NCBI GenBank assembly: GCA_963789955.1
Contig: CAWBMV010000001.1
Coordinates: 448,001 to 512,000 of the forward strand
Direction: 5' to 3'
DNA from: an uncultured Candidatus Rokubacteria bacterium
Lineage (GTDB): Bacteria; Methylomirabilota; Methylomirabilia; Rokubacteriales; CSP1-6
DNA length: 64,000 bases
A model generated the notes under the pieces. It was not told the origin of the DNA. It made no database searches and saw only the letters and a program-made list of their open reading frames with translations. Below are positions 30,321 through 41,352 of the stretch, piece after piece (position 1 is the stretch's first letter; each line of letters begins with the position of its first letter). The position numbers were made by a program, and so were the translations under genes.

Positions 30321-30351
30321 CGTCTCCCGATCTCCTCGGATCGAATTCCGC

Positions 30352-30381
30352 TTGCGACGGCTGTAGCCGGGCCCGTATATT
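30352..30381 (+). promoter_or_regulatory. Putative groESL sigma70 promoter
   Basis: TTGCGA-18 nt-TATATT immediately before CIRCE. Confidence 0.55.
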
Positions 30382-30407
30382 TAGCACTCGACATTTCAGA
30401 GTGCTAA
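30381..30407 (+). promoter_or_regulatory. CIRCE element (HrcA operator)
   Basis: Perfect TTAGCACTC-N9-GAGTGCTAA upstream of groES. Confidence 0.97.
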
Positions 30408-30492
30408 CAGCCAGGCAGTTGGAGGACGGGCAAGCCATCGCCCGCAGAAGGCTAGCGCAACATCAACAAAGCACCAAGGAGGCAGAGACACC

Positions 30493-30780
30493 ATGAAGAT
30501 TCGTCCGCTGCATGACCGCATCCTCGTCGAGCGGCTCGAGGAGCAGGAGGTTCGCCGGGGCGGGATCATCATCCCGGACACCGCGAAGGAAAAGCCGCAA
30601 GAGGGCAAGGTCATCGCCGCCGGCACCGGTAAGGTCGGCGACGACGGCAAGAAGATCCCCCTCGACGTGAAGGCCGGCGACAAGATCCTGTTCGGGAAGT
30701 ACTCGGGCTCCGAGGTCAAGATCGACGACAAGGAATATCTCATCCTGCGCGAGGAAGACGTCCTCGCCATTCTCGAGTAA
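30493..30780 (+). CDS. groES: Co-chaperonin GroES
   Basis: [23 protein letters not shown]. Confidence 0.98.
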   Translation: MKIRPLHDRILVERLEEQEVRRGGIIIPDTAKEKPQEGKVIAAGTGKVGDDGKKIPLDVKAGDKILFGKYSGSEVKIDDKEYLILREEDVLAILE

Positions 30781-32418
<1,638 letters not shown>

Positions 32419-32505
32419 GAGGCCACGCCTCAGCGCTCCCCCGGTGGTTGACCGCTTTGACCGCCGGGGGAGTCTGAGGGGGGTCGCCCCACTCAGGTTC
32501 AATCG

Positions 32506-32544
32506 ACGGCCCGGACCGAAGGAAGGTCCGGGCCGTATCTGTTT
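32506..32544 (+). terminator. Probable terminator after groEL
   Basis: ACGGCCCGGACC/GGTCCGGGCCGT 12-bp stem followed by ATCTGTTT. Confidence 0.6.
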
Positions 32545-32557
32545 GTCGGCGTTGACC

Positions 32558-32586
32558 TTGCACGGTTTCCGGATGTTTGATACGTT
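32558..32586 (+). promoter_or_regulatory. Putative rpsF operon promoter
   Basis: TTGCAC-17 nt-TACGTT with TGn extension. Confidence 0.5.
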
Positions 32587-32624
32587 TAGGCGCTCAACTG
32601 GAGTCAGCGGGAGGTGAGTGAGAA

Positions 32625-32963
32625 CTGCGACCGTATGAAGTCCTCGTAATCGTTGATCCGCGCCCGACCGATGAAGAAGTGACTGCGTTGCTCGAGCAGC
32701 TCGGCGAGCAGCTCAAGACACTCGGCGCCGAGGTCACTAAAGTCGACAACTGGGGAAAGCGCCGGCTCGCGTACGACATCCGGAAGCAACGCGAAGGCAC
32801 GTACGCGGTGTTCGATGTTTCTGCCGAGCCCTCCATGGTGAAGGAATTCGAACGACAGGTGGGCCTCAACGAGAACGTGCTGCGTTACGTCAGCACGCGG
32901 GTTCCGATCCGCAAGAAGGCTCGGCCGGCTAAAACTCAGGAGGTAGTCGAGGAGGTCAGCTGA
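32625..32963 (+). CDS. rpsF: 30S ribosomal protein bS6
   Basis: (M)RPYEVLVIVDP...WGKRRLAYDI...ENVLRY; CTG start after GGAGGTG. Confidence 0.95.
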   Translation: MRPYEVLVIVDPRPTDEEVTALLEQLGEQLKTLGAEVTKVDNWGKRRLAYDIRKQREGTYAVFDVSAEPSMVKEFERQVGLNENVLRYVSTRVPIRKKARPAKTQEVVEEVS

Positions 32964-33379
32964 TGGCGAGCCTGAACAAAGTGTTCCTGATCGGTAACCT
33001 GACCAAGCCCCCGGAGCTGCGATACACGCCCAGCGGAACCGCCGTCGCCGACTTGCGGTTGGCCGTCAATCGCAACTACACGACGCAGGGCGGCGAGAAA
33101 CGCGAAGAGACCTGCTTCCTCACGATCGTCGTGTGGGGCAAGCAGGCCGAGAGTTGCGGTGAGTATCTCGACAAGGGCAGTCCGATCCTCGTCGAGGGAC
33201 GTTTGCAGACGCGAGAGTGGGAAGCCAAGGACGGCGGCAAGCGAACCGTCATCGAGGTCGTGGCCGAGCGCGTCCAGTTCATGGGACGCGGTCGCGCCGC
33301 CGCGCCGGCGACTGTCGCGGCGTCCGCGGAGCCGTTCGCCGAAGAAGCCGGCTCCAGCAACGACGACGTCCCGTTCTAG
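32963..33379 (+). CDS. ssb: Single-stranded DNA-binding protein
   Basis: LNKVFLIGNL, ELRYTPSG, C-terminal DDVPF. Confidence 0.97.
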   Translation: MASLNKVFLIGNLTKPPELRYTPSGTAVADLRLAVNRNYTTQGGEKREETCFLTIVVWGKQAESCGEYLDKGSPILVEGRLQTREWEAKDGGKRTVIEVVAERVQFMGRGRAAAPATVAASAEPFAEEAGSSNDDVPF

Positions 33380-33400
33380 GGCCAAGAAAAGGAGCGAGCC

Positions 33401-33652
33401 ATTCCCCCGACATCCCAGAAGCCCGTCAAGCGCCGCCGGTTCGGCCGGCGGAAGATCTGTAAGTTCTGCGCGGACAAGGTCGACCTGGTCGACTACAAGG
33501 ATGTGCGCCGCCTCCGGAGCTTCGTGAGCGAGCGCGGCAAGATCATTCCCCGCCGCATCTCGGGCAGCTGCGCGCGTCACCAGCGGCAGCTGACGCACGC
33601 GATCAAGCGTGCGCGCACGGTGGCCCTGCTGCCGTACCTGGCGGCGGACTAG
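33401..33652 (+). CDS. rpsR: 30S ribosomal protein bS18 (Zn-binding C+ form)
   Basis: Manual translation (M)[81 protein letters not shown] start after AAGGAG. Missing from the ORF track. Confidence 0.95.
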   Translation: MPPTSQKPVKRRRFGRRKICKFCADKVDLVDYKDVRRLRSFVSERGKIIPRRISGSCARHQRQLTHAIKRARTVALLPYLAAD

Positions 33653-33660
33653 GACAGGTC

Positions 33661-34104
33661 ATGAAAATCATTCTGCTGGACGACGTCACGAAGGTCGGAC
33701 GCCGGGGCGAGGTGCGCGACGTCTCCGACGGCTACGCGCGCAACTTCCTGATCCCCAAGAAGCTCGCGCTGTCGGCCACGGCTGGCAATCTGAAGAACCT
33801 CGAGCACATCAAGCGGCAGCAGGACGCGAAGGCCGATCGCGTCAAGGCCGACGCCGAGACGCTACGCGCGAAGATCGAGGCTCTGGTCTACGAGGAGCGG
33901 CGGCAGGCGTCCGAGGAAGGCAAGCTCTTCGGCTCGGTCACGTCGCAGGACGTCGCCGATTTCCTCGGCACGCGTGGCGTCCCGATGGACCGAAAGCGCA
34001 TCACGCTCGACGAGCCGATCAAGGCGCTCGGCGAGCATCTGGTCTCGATGCGACTGCACCAGGACGTCACGGCGCAGCTGCGCGTCAACGTCGTCCGCGA
34101 GTAG
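33661..34104 (+). CDS. rplI: 50S ribosomal protein bL9
   Basis: MKIILLDDV...GYARNFLIP, GKLFGSVT. Confidence 0.97.
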   Translation: MKIILLDDVTKVGRRGEVRDVSDGYARNFLIPKKLALSATAGNLKNLEHIKRQQDAKADRVKADAETLRAKIEALVYEERRQASEEGKLFGSVTSQDVADFLGTRGVPMDRKRITLDEPIKALGEHLVSMRLHQDVTAQLRVNVVRE

Positions 34105-34116
34105 TCGTTCGGTCTG

Positions 34117-34150
34117 ATCGGTCCCCGAGGATTTTTCTCGGGGACCGATC
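34117..34150. terminator. Hairpin after rplI
   Basis: GATCGGTCCCCGAG/CTCGGGGACCGATC 14-bp stem; no clear downstream U-tract. Confidence 0.5.
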
Positions 34151-34300
34151 CGCTGTCCACATCTCCATCCACGAAATTTCGGGAGATATCCACTGGATGT
34201 CCCCCTGGCATTCACCAAACGCGCCGACGATCGGAATTTGTTTGACGCACGGGCCCCATGCGCTTGAGGATGCGCACGTGAGCTGTGGTGGCGTCCGCCC

Positions 34301-36709
34301 ATGAGCGTACCGATGCGGATCCCACCGCACAACCTGGACGCGGAGCGCGCGGTCCTGGGCGCGATCCTCCTCGAAGGTCGCGAGACCTTGCCGCGAGTGA
34401 TCGAGCTGCTCAAGCCCTCGGACTTCTACACCGAGGCGCATCGTCTGACCTATCAGGGCATGCTCACGTTGTTCAACCGCAGCGAGCCCGTCGACGTGCT
34501 GACCCTGACCGAGGAGCTTCGCCGCAGCGACCAGCTCGAGATCGCGGGCGGACCGGCCGCGCTGGCCCTGCTCGTCGAGCAGGGATCGATCTCCGCGTAC
34601 CTCAACTCGTACGCGTCGATCGTTCGCGACATGGCGGTGCTGCGCGAGCTGATCCAGACGTCGAGCCAGATCATCGCGCAGGCTTTCGAAGCCAAGGAAG
34701 ACGTCCAGACCCTGGTCGACGACGCCGAGCGGAAGATCTTCGGCCTCGCCGAGCGCCGTCTCGAAGGCAGCGCGCTGCCGATCGGCAAGATCCTCCGCAA
34801 CACCTTCGAGTACATCGAGCGCCTGTACGAGCGGAAGGAGCACGTCACCGGCGTCGCAACCGGCTTCGAGAAGCTCGATCTCGAGACCTCGGGCTTCCAG
34901 CCGTCGGACTTCATCATCATCGCCGGACGACCGAGTATGGGCAAAGCCCAGCCGCTCGACGCGAAGATCAAGACGACGATCGGCTGGAAGCTCATGGGCG
35001 AGCTGCGACTGGGCGACGAGCTGGCGTCCGTGGACGGACGGCGCTCGCTCGTGAGCGGGATCTTTCCTCAGGGCGTGAAGCCGGTGTTCCGCGTCACGTT
35101 CTCGGACGGGCGTTCGACCATCTGCACCGACGAGCATCTCTGGCGTGTCCACTATCGCGGCTGGCCCGACGCGCGAGTGCTCGAGACGTCACAAGTCGTC
35201 GCGCTGCTCCAGAAGAAGCGCTATCGGCATCGACTCTGGATCGATGCACCCTCCGGAAACTTCGGCCACTCGGAGGCATTGCCGGTCGATCCATATGTGC
35301 TGGGCGCATTGCTTGGTGACGGATCCCTCTTGGGCAGCAGTCTCAGATTCTCGACCGCCGAGAGCGAGATGCTCGATCGAATCCTCGAGCGTGCCACCCC
35401 TGCGTTCGCACTGCGAGCCGCGGGCGGCTACGACTGGCGCATCGTGCAGACGGCGGGTGCGCACCGCGCGGGCGTCGCCGGCGTGAACCCGAACGGGCTC
35501 ATGGACGCGCTGCGGGGCCTCGGACTCTGGGGGAAACGTGCCGAGTCGAAGTTCATCCCCGACGTCTATCTGGACGCGTCGCGCACCGACCGCGTCGAGC
35601 TGCTGCGCGGCCTCATGGATACCGACGGATGGGTCGAGCGTTGGGGCAGCATGCGCTTTTGCTCGACCAGCGAGCGACTGGCCCGCCAGGTAGCCGAACT
35701 CGTTCGCTCGCTCGGCGGCTGGTGCTCGATTCGAAGCCGACGCACGACCTACCGCGCCGGCGGGGTCAAGAAGGTCGGCCGCACGGCGTTCGTGTGCAAC
35801 GTTCACCATCCCGATCCGAAGGGCATGTTCCATCTGTCGGTGAAGAAGGATCGCGCGCAGGACGCGCCTCGCCGGCGGTGGCGACCGGTGTTTACCGCGA
35901 TCGAGCCGGCCGGTGTGGCCGAGACGCAATGTATTGCGGTCACGCACCCGTCGCGGCTGTACGTGACCGACGACTACGTGGTGACGCACAATACCGCGTT
36001 CGCGCTGAACATCGCGCAGCATGTCGGCATCGCGCTGCACGGGAAGGTGCTCGTGCTGAGCCTCGAGATGTCCTCGCAGCAGATCGTGCAGCGCATGCTC
36101 TGCTCCGAGGCGAAGGTGGATTCGCAGGCGGTGCGCACGGGCTACCTCACGTCGTCGGACTGGCACCGGCTGACGGCCGCGGCCGGGCGGCTCTCCGAAG
36201 CGTCGATCTTCATCGACGATAGCCCCGGACTGACGGTGCTCGAGGCGCGCGCCAAGGCGCGGCGCATGAAGGCCGAGCACGGGCTCGACCTGCTCGTCAT
36301 CGACTACCTGCAGCTCATGCGCGGCCGCGCCTCGATGGAGAGCCGCCAGCAGGAGATCTCGGAGATCTCGCGCTCACTCAAGGCGCTCGCGAAGGAGCTG
36401 AACATCCCGGTCGTCGCGCTCTCGCAGCTCTCACGTGCGGTCGAAGCGCGTCAGGCGCGCGACTTCAAGCCGCAGCTCTCGGATCTTCGCGAAAGTGGAG
36501 CGCTCGAGCAAGATGCCGACGTCATTCTGTTCCTGTATCGCTCGTCGCAATACAAGGAAGATCTGCCGCCGGACGAGAAGAACATCGCCGAGGTCATCAT
36601 CGGCAAGCAACGCAACGGTCCGGTCGGCACCGTGAAGGTGGTCTTCCTGCCGCAGTACGCGCGGTTCGAGAACGTCGCGGACCAGCACCGGCAGCCGCAG
36701 CCCTTTTAG
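34301..36709 (+). CDS. dnaB: Replicative DNA helicase DnaB containing an intein
   Basis: PPHNLDAERAVLG, Walker A GRPSMGK|T split by the insertion, IDYLQL, SDLRESGALEQDAD, KQRNGP. Confidence 0.97.
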   Translation: MSVPMRIPPHNLDAERAVLGAILLEGRETLPRVIELLKPSDFYTEAHRLTYQGMLTLFNRSEPVDVLTLTEELRRSDQLEIAGGPAALALLVEQGSISAYLNSYASIVRDMAVLRELIQTSSQIIAQAFEAKEDVQTLVDDAERKIFGLAERRLEGSALPIGKILRNTFEYIERLYERKEHVTGVATGFEKLDLETSGFQPSDFIIIAGRPSMGKAQPLDAKIKTTIGWKLMGELRLGDELASVDGRRSLVSGIFPQGVKPVFRVTFSDGRSTICTDEHLWRVHYRGWPDARVLETSQVVALLQKKRYRHRLWIDAPSGNFGHSEALPVDPYVLGALLGDGSLLGSSLRFSTAESEMLDRILERATPAFALRAAGGYDWRIVQTAGAHRAGVAGVNPNGLMDALRGLGLWGKRAESKFIPDVYLDASRTDRVELLRGLMDTDGWVERWGSMRFCSTSERLARQVAELVRSLGGWCSIRSRRTTYRAGGVKKVGRTAFVCNVHHPDPKGMFHLSVKKDRAQDAPRRRWRPVFTAIEPAGVAETQCIAVTHPSRLYVTDDYVVTHNTAFALNIAQHVGIALHGKVLVLSLEMSSQQIVQRMLCSEAKVDSQAVRTGYLTSSDWHRLTAAAGRLSEASIFIDDSPGLTVLEARAKARRMKAEHGLDLLVIDYLQLMRGRASMESRQQEISEISRSLKALAKELNIPVVALSQLSRAVEARQARDFKPQLSDLRESGALEQDADVILFLYRSSQYKEDLPPDEKNIAEVIIGKQRNGPVGTVKVVFLPQYARFENVADQHRQPQPF
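34946..35992 (+). mobile_element. 349-aa class-3 intein with LAGLIDADG homing endonuclease in the DnaB P-loop
   Basis: Starts AQPLDAK and ends VVTHN|T. Block B HLW, block F QCI, block G THN (WCT triad). LGALLGDG and LRGLMDTDG endonuclease motifs. Confidence 0.93.
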
Positions 36710-36730
36710 ACCTTCCACGCGGCTCGTCGT

Positions 36731-38563
36731 ATGATGAGCCCCGTGCGCCTGAGCCGGCTGAAGCGTGCGTTTCTCGGGAGCCCGCTCCCGACGGCGCAGT
36801 CCCGCCACGAACGACTCGCGAAGTCGACGGCGCTCGCGGTCTTCGCCTCGGATGCGCTCTCCTCGGTCGCGTACGCGACCGAAGAAATCCTGCTGGTGCT
36901 GGTCCTGGCCGGTACCGTCGCGCTGAGCTACTCGCTCCCGATCAGCATCGCGATCGCGATCCTGATCGCGATCGTCGTCTCGTCGTACCGCCAGACGATC
37001 CGCGCCTACCCGCAGGGCGGCGGCGCCTACATCGTGAGCAAGGACAACCTGGGCGTGCCGGCCGGTCTGGTGGCCGGGGCCGCGCTCCTGATCGACTACG
37101 TGCTCACGGTGGCGGTGAGCGTCGCCGCCGGGATCGCCGCGCTGACGTCGGCCGTCCCGGGGCTGTTTCCGTACCGGCCGTGGCTCTGCGTCGTCGCGGT
37201 GGTGGGTATCGCGGTCGCGAACCTCCGCGGCATCCGCGAATCGGGCAAGATCTTCGCGGCGCCGACCTATCTCTTCATCGGCAGTCTCGGCGCCCTGATC
37301 ATCTACGGCGGGTTGGGCGCGGTCTTCGATTTTCTCCCGGAGGCGCCGTACCAGCGGCATCCGCCCGGGCTGGAGGGCGTCGGACTGTTTCTGTTCCTGC
37401 GCGCCTTCGCGTCGGGCTGCACCGCGCTCACCGGGGTCGAGGCCGTCTCCGACGGGGTGCCGGCGTTCAAGCCGCCGGAGGCGCACAACGCGCGGATCGT
37501 GCTGACGGTGCTCGGCGTGATCCTGATCGTGCTCTTCCTCGGCATCACCTTCCTGGCCTACGACTTCGGCATCGCGCCGCGGCACGAGGAGACGGTGATC
37601 TCGCAGCTCGCGCGCCACGTCTTCGGCGGCGGCGCGATCTACTACGAGATCCAGGCCGTCACGATGATGATCCTGCTGCTCGCCGCCAACACGTCCTTCG
37701 CCGATTTCCCGCGGCTGTCCTTCTTCCTCGCCCGCGACCGTTTCATCCCGCGCCAGTTCGCGACGCAAGGCGACCGCCTCGTGTTCTCGAACGGCATCTT
37801 GATCCTGAGCGGGCTCGCCGCGCTCTTGCTGGTGATCTTCCGCGGCGACACCCACGCGCTGATCCCGCTCTACGCGGTCGGCGTCTTCCTGTCGTTCACG
37901 CTCTCGCAGGCGAGCATGGTCCGGCGCTGGCTCCGACTGAAAGAAGAAGGCTGGTGGTGGCGCTGGTGGCTCAACGCGATCGGCGCGGTCGTGACGGGTC
38001 TGGTGATGGTCACGATCGCCGCGACCAAGTTCACGCATGGCGCCTGGATCGTGGTCTTGTTGATTCCGGCGCTCGTGACGGTGTTCGTGATGGTGCACCG
38101 CCACTACGAGGAAGTCGCGGTGCAGCTGTCGCTCGATGCCTTCTCACCGCCGCCGCCGATGACCAACACCGTCCTGGTGCTGGTCGGCGACATCCATCGC
38201 GGCGTCATCAAGGCGATCCAGTACGCCCAGACGCTTTCGCCCAATGCGAAGGCGGTGTTCGTGGAGACCGATCCCGAGCGGACCCGCCGGCTGGAGGAGA
38301 AGTGGGGCCGCTACGGGATAGGCATGCCGCTCATCGTGCTGACCTCGCCGTACCGGTCGCTGCTCGGGCCGCTGACGAAGTACGTCGACCACCTGCAGAA
38401 CCAGGGCGACAATCACGTCGTCACGATCGTCCTGCCCGAATTCATTCCGGCCCGCTGGTGGCAGCTGGGCCTGCACAATCAGACGGCGTTCCTGATCAAG
38501 GGCGCGATGCTGTTTCGCAAGAACGTCATCGTGACCGACGTGCCCTACCACCTGCGCCACTGA
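36731..38563 (+). CDS. APC-family permease (KimA/YdaO-like K+ transporter)
   Basis: SDALSSVAYATEEI, YPQGGGAY, LTGVEAVSDGV, C-terminal LHNQTA. Confidence 0.88.
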   Translation: MMSPVRLSRLKRAFLGSPLPTAQSRHERLAKSTALAVFASDALSSVAYATEEILLVLVLAGTVALSYSLPISIAIAILIAIVVSSYRQTIRAYPQGGGAYIVSKDNLGVPAGLVAGAALLIDYVLTVAVSVAAGIAALTSAVPGLFPYRPWLCVVAVVGIAVANLRGIRESGKIFAAPTYLFIGSLGALIIYGGLGAVFDFLPEAPYQRHPPGLEGVGLFLFLRAFASGCTALTGVEAVSDGVPAFKPPEAHNARIVLTVLGVILIVLFLGITFLAYDFGIAPRHEETVISQLARHVFGGGAIYYEIQAVTMMILLLAANTSFADFPRLSFFLARDRFIPRQFATQGDRLVFSNGILILSGLAALLLVIFRGDTHALIPLYAVGVFLSFTLSQASMVRRWLRLKEEGWWWRWWLNAIGAVVTGLVMVTIAATKFTHGAWIVVLLIPALVTVFVMVHRHYEEVAVQLSLDAFSPPPPMTNTVLVLVGDIHRGVIKAIQYAQTLSPNAKAVFVETDPERTRRLEEKWGRYGIGMPLIVLTSPYRSLLGPLTKYVDHLQNQGDNHVVTIVLPEFIPARWWQLGLHNQTAFLIKGAMLFRKNVIVTDVPYHLRH

Positions 38564-38682
38564 GCAGGCGATCGTCGTCGCGCCGGTGGCTCAGCGCGCG
38601 AGGCGATCGTCTGAACCGCGGCTCGTCGACCTGCGAGGGGCGAGCCACTCTCTGGTACACTCGAAAGCCGCGTGATTACTCG

Positions 38683-39606
38683 ATGAACATCGTTCTCACC
38701 CCCGACGGCCCCCTCGATGCCCGCGGGACGCTCGCACGCTACCACCTCTGGGGAGAGGATCCGACGAACCGGATCGCCAGCGACGGCGACGTCTTCCGTC
38801 GCGTGCTCCGGCACGGCGGGCGCCTCGTCCCCTACGAGGTGCGGTGGAGCGGCCCCGTGGACGATGTCCGCATCACGATCCGGGCCCAGGGGAGCGATGC
38901 CGACGTCGAGGCCGGCATCGTCGCCGAAGTTCGCCGGCTCCTCGGCCTCGACCTCGATCTCGACGGCTTCTATCGGATGGCCAAGGCCGACCCGGCGCTG
39001 GCCACGTTGATCGAGCCGCTCTATGGGTTACGTCCGACGCTCGCGCCGACGCCGTTCGAGATGCTCGTCGGATCGATCACGGCCCAGCAGGTCAACCTCT
39101 CGTTCGCGTTCGCGTGCCGCGCGAGGCTCGTCCGCCGGTTCGGATCGCCCGTGAAGGTGGGACGAGAGACGGTGTGGGCGTTTCCCGAAGCCGCGCGGCT
39201 CGCGCAAGCCCGTGTGCGGGAGCTGCGCGCGCTCAAGTACTCCACGCGCAAGGCGGAGTACATCCGCGATCTCGCGCGCGCTGTGGTCGCCGGCACGCTC
39301 GATCTCGAGGCCGTGTCCGCGGCCGAGTCGGCGATCGTGATCGCAGAGCTCACGGCGCTCCGCGGCCTCGGCCGCTGGACGGCCGACTGGTTTCTGGCCC
39401 GCTGCCTGGGCCGAGGCGACGTCTGCCCGGCCGGCGACCTCGCGGTGCGCAAGGCGTTCGTCCACTACTACGGGCGCGGGCGGTCGCTGAAAGAGGAGAC
39501 GATTCGCCGCCGCGCGCGCGCGTGGGGCGAGCACCAGAATCTCGCCGTGCACTACCTCCTGGCCGGTATGCGTCTGCAGCGTCCGGCGGTCGGCGGCGGC
39601 GCGTGA
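38683..39606 (+). CDS. alkA: DNA-3-methyladenine glycosylase II (AlkA family)
   Basis: PFEMLVGSITAQQV, HhH LRGLGRWTAD, PAGDLAVR. Confidence 0.85.
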   Translation: MNIVLTPDGPLDARGTLARYHLWGEDPTNRIASDGDVFRRVLRHGGRLVPYEVRWSGPVDDVRITIRAQGSDADVEAGIVAEVRRLLGLDLDLDGFYRMAKADPALATLIEPLYGLRPTLAPTPFEMLVGSITAQQVNLSFAFACRARLVRRFGSPVKVGRETVWAFPEAARLAQARVRELRALKYSTRKAEYIRDLARAVVAGTLDLEAVSAAESAIVIAELTALRGLGRWTADWFLARCLGRGDVCPAGDLAVRKAFVHYYGRGRSLKEETIRRRARAWGEHQNLAVHYLLAGMRLQRPAVGGGA

Positions 39607-39933
39607 AGAAGACCGTCGGCCTCAAGATCTTCGGTCAGCCCGATCCGGGCGTCCCCAAGGACGTCCACCTCGTCGGACGATACGCGCTCGGCGTCGATTG
39701 GGCCGACGGCCATGGATCCATCTATCCATTCGAGCGTCTCCGGCTCGATTGCGCCTGCGGTCAGTGCGCCGCGCTCGAAGAGCGGCTGACCTCGGAGATG
39801 ACGTGGCCGGCCGAGATCAAGCGAACCGACCGAGGGATTGCGCGTGACGTGGGTCGACCAGCACGCGAGCCTGTACCCCTATCTCGAGCTGCGGGGGCTG
39901 TGTCGCTGCGCCGGCTGCACGGGCGGCCACTGA
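39603..39933 (+). CDS. Tandem DUF971/GBBH-N-like Cys-rich protein; frameshift near 39835
   Basis: VGRYALGVDWADGHGSIYPFERLRLDCACGQC, then a second unit VTWVDQHASLYPYLELRGLCRCAGC. Confidence 0.75.
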
Positions 39934-41349
39934 TGACCGACGAAGCGCGCAAGCGCTGGGTCTTCCTCGGCATCATGCTGTCGATCTTCCTGGCGGCGAT
40001 CGAGTCGACCGTGGTCGCGACCGCGATGCCGACGGTGGTGGCGAGCCTCGGCGGCATCCGCATCTACTCCTGGGTCTTCTCGGGGTTTTTGCTCACTCAG
40101 ACCGTGACGATGCCGCTCTGGGGACGCTTCTCCGATCTCTACGGCCGACGACCGGTCTACCTGGCCGGCCTCGCGACCTTCCTCGTCGGCTCGGCGCTGT
40201 CGGGCGCGTCCCAGAACATGGTGCAGCTGATCCTGTTCCGGATGGTGCAGGGGCTCGGCGCCGGCGCACTGATGACCCTCGGCTACACGATCATCGGCGA
40301 GCTGTTCGGGCTCGAGCGCCGGGCGCGCATGCAGGGCTATATCTCGAGCGTGTGGGGCCTGGCCTCGCTCATGGGGCCGTGGGCGGGCGGAGTGCTCACC
40401 GACCACGTGTCCTGGCGCTGGGTCTTCTATATCAACCTACCGTTCGGCGCGGTGGCGATGGCGTTGATCGGCTTTGCGTTGACCGGGGTGCCGCGCTCGG
40501 CGCGCCGGCCGGTCGTGGACTGGGCCGGCGTGGCGCTCTTCGCCGCGGGCGTGTCCGCGCTCCTGCTCGGGATCGTCGAGGCCGGACGCGTCGGATCGCT
40601 GGTCGCAGATCGAGGTCGTCACCTTGCTCGTCCTCGGCGTCGTCGTGCTCGGCGCGTTCGTCGCGGTGGAGCAGCGCGCCGCCGAGCCGATCGTGCCGCT
40701 GCGCCTGTTCAAGAACCGGATGATCCTGGCCGCCGTCGTCACCCGGTTCCTGGCCGGCATGGCGATGTTCGGCGCGCTCTCGTTCGTGCCGCTGTTTCTG
40801 CAGTCGGTCACCGGCGCGTCGGCCACGCGGGCGGGTCTCGTCCTCACGCCGTTCGTGCTGGGCTGGGTCGTGATGTCGGTGGTGAGCGCGCGCCTGGTGC
40901 TGCGGGTCGGCTACCGAAGCGTCGTGCTGACCGGGATGGCCAGCCTCACCGTCGCGTTCCTGCTGTTCCGGACCTGGTCGGTCACGCTCTCGTCGGGGGG
41001 CGCGATGATCGACGTGCTGCTGGCCGGTATCGGCATGGGGATGGTCGTCGTGCCGATGCTGATCGCCGTCCAGAGCGTGGTCGCGCGAAGCGATCTCGGC
41101 ACCGCGACGTCGCTGACACAGTTCTTCATGTCGATCGGCGGCGCCCTCGGACTCTCGCTCATGGGTGCCGTGATGTCGCAGCGGCTCCACGCCGGCCTGC
41201 CGATGGTCGACGCGCTGCACGGCGTCTTCGTGGTGGGCTCCGCGGTCTGCGTCGCCGCGCTGGCGTCCGCGTTCATGGTGCCGGCCGGTCGCGCCCAGGA
41301 CCTGGCCCGGAGCGAAATGCGCGGCGAGCCGACGCGTGTGGGAGGATGA
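39933..41349 (+). CDS. MFS drug-efflux transporter (DHA2-like); frameshift near 40600
   Basis: FLAAIESTVVATAMP, GRFSDLYGRR, WRWVFYINLP, EPIVPLRLF. Confidence 0.88.
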
Positions 41350-41352
41350 ACC

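Noticed and set aside
36710..36730. c-di-AMP (ydaO) riboswitch before the KimA-like gene
   Set aside because: The spacer after dnaB is only about 21 nt.
37180..38682. Long N-terminal extension on AlkA (similarly ORFs 22510, 23727, 38844, 43818)
   Set aside because: Out-of-frame overlaps with upstream genes; homology starts at the downstream starts given.
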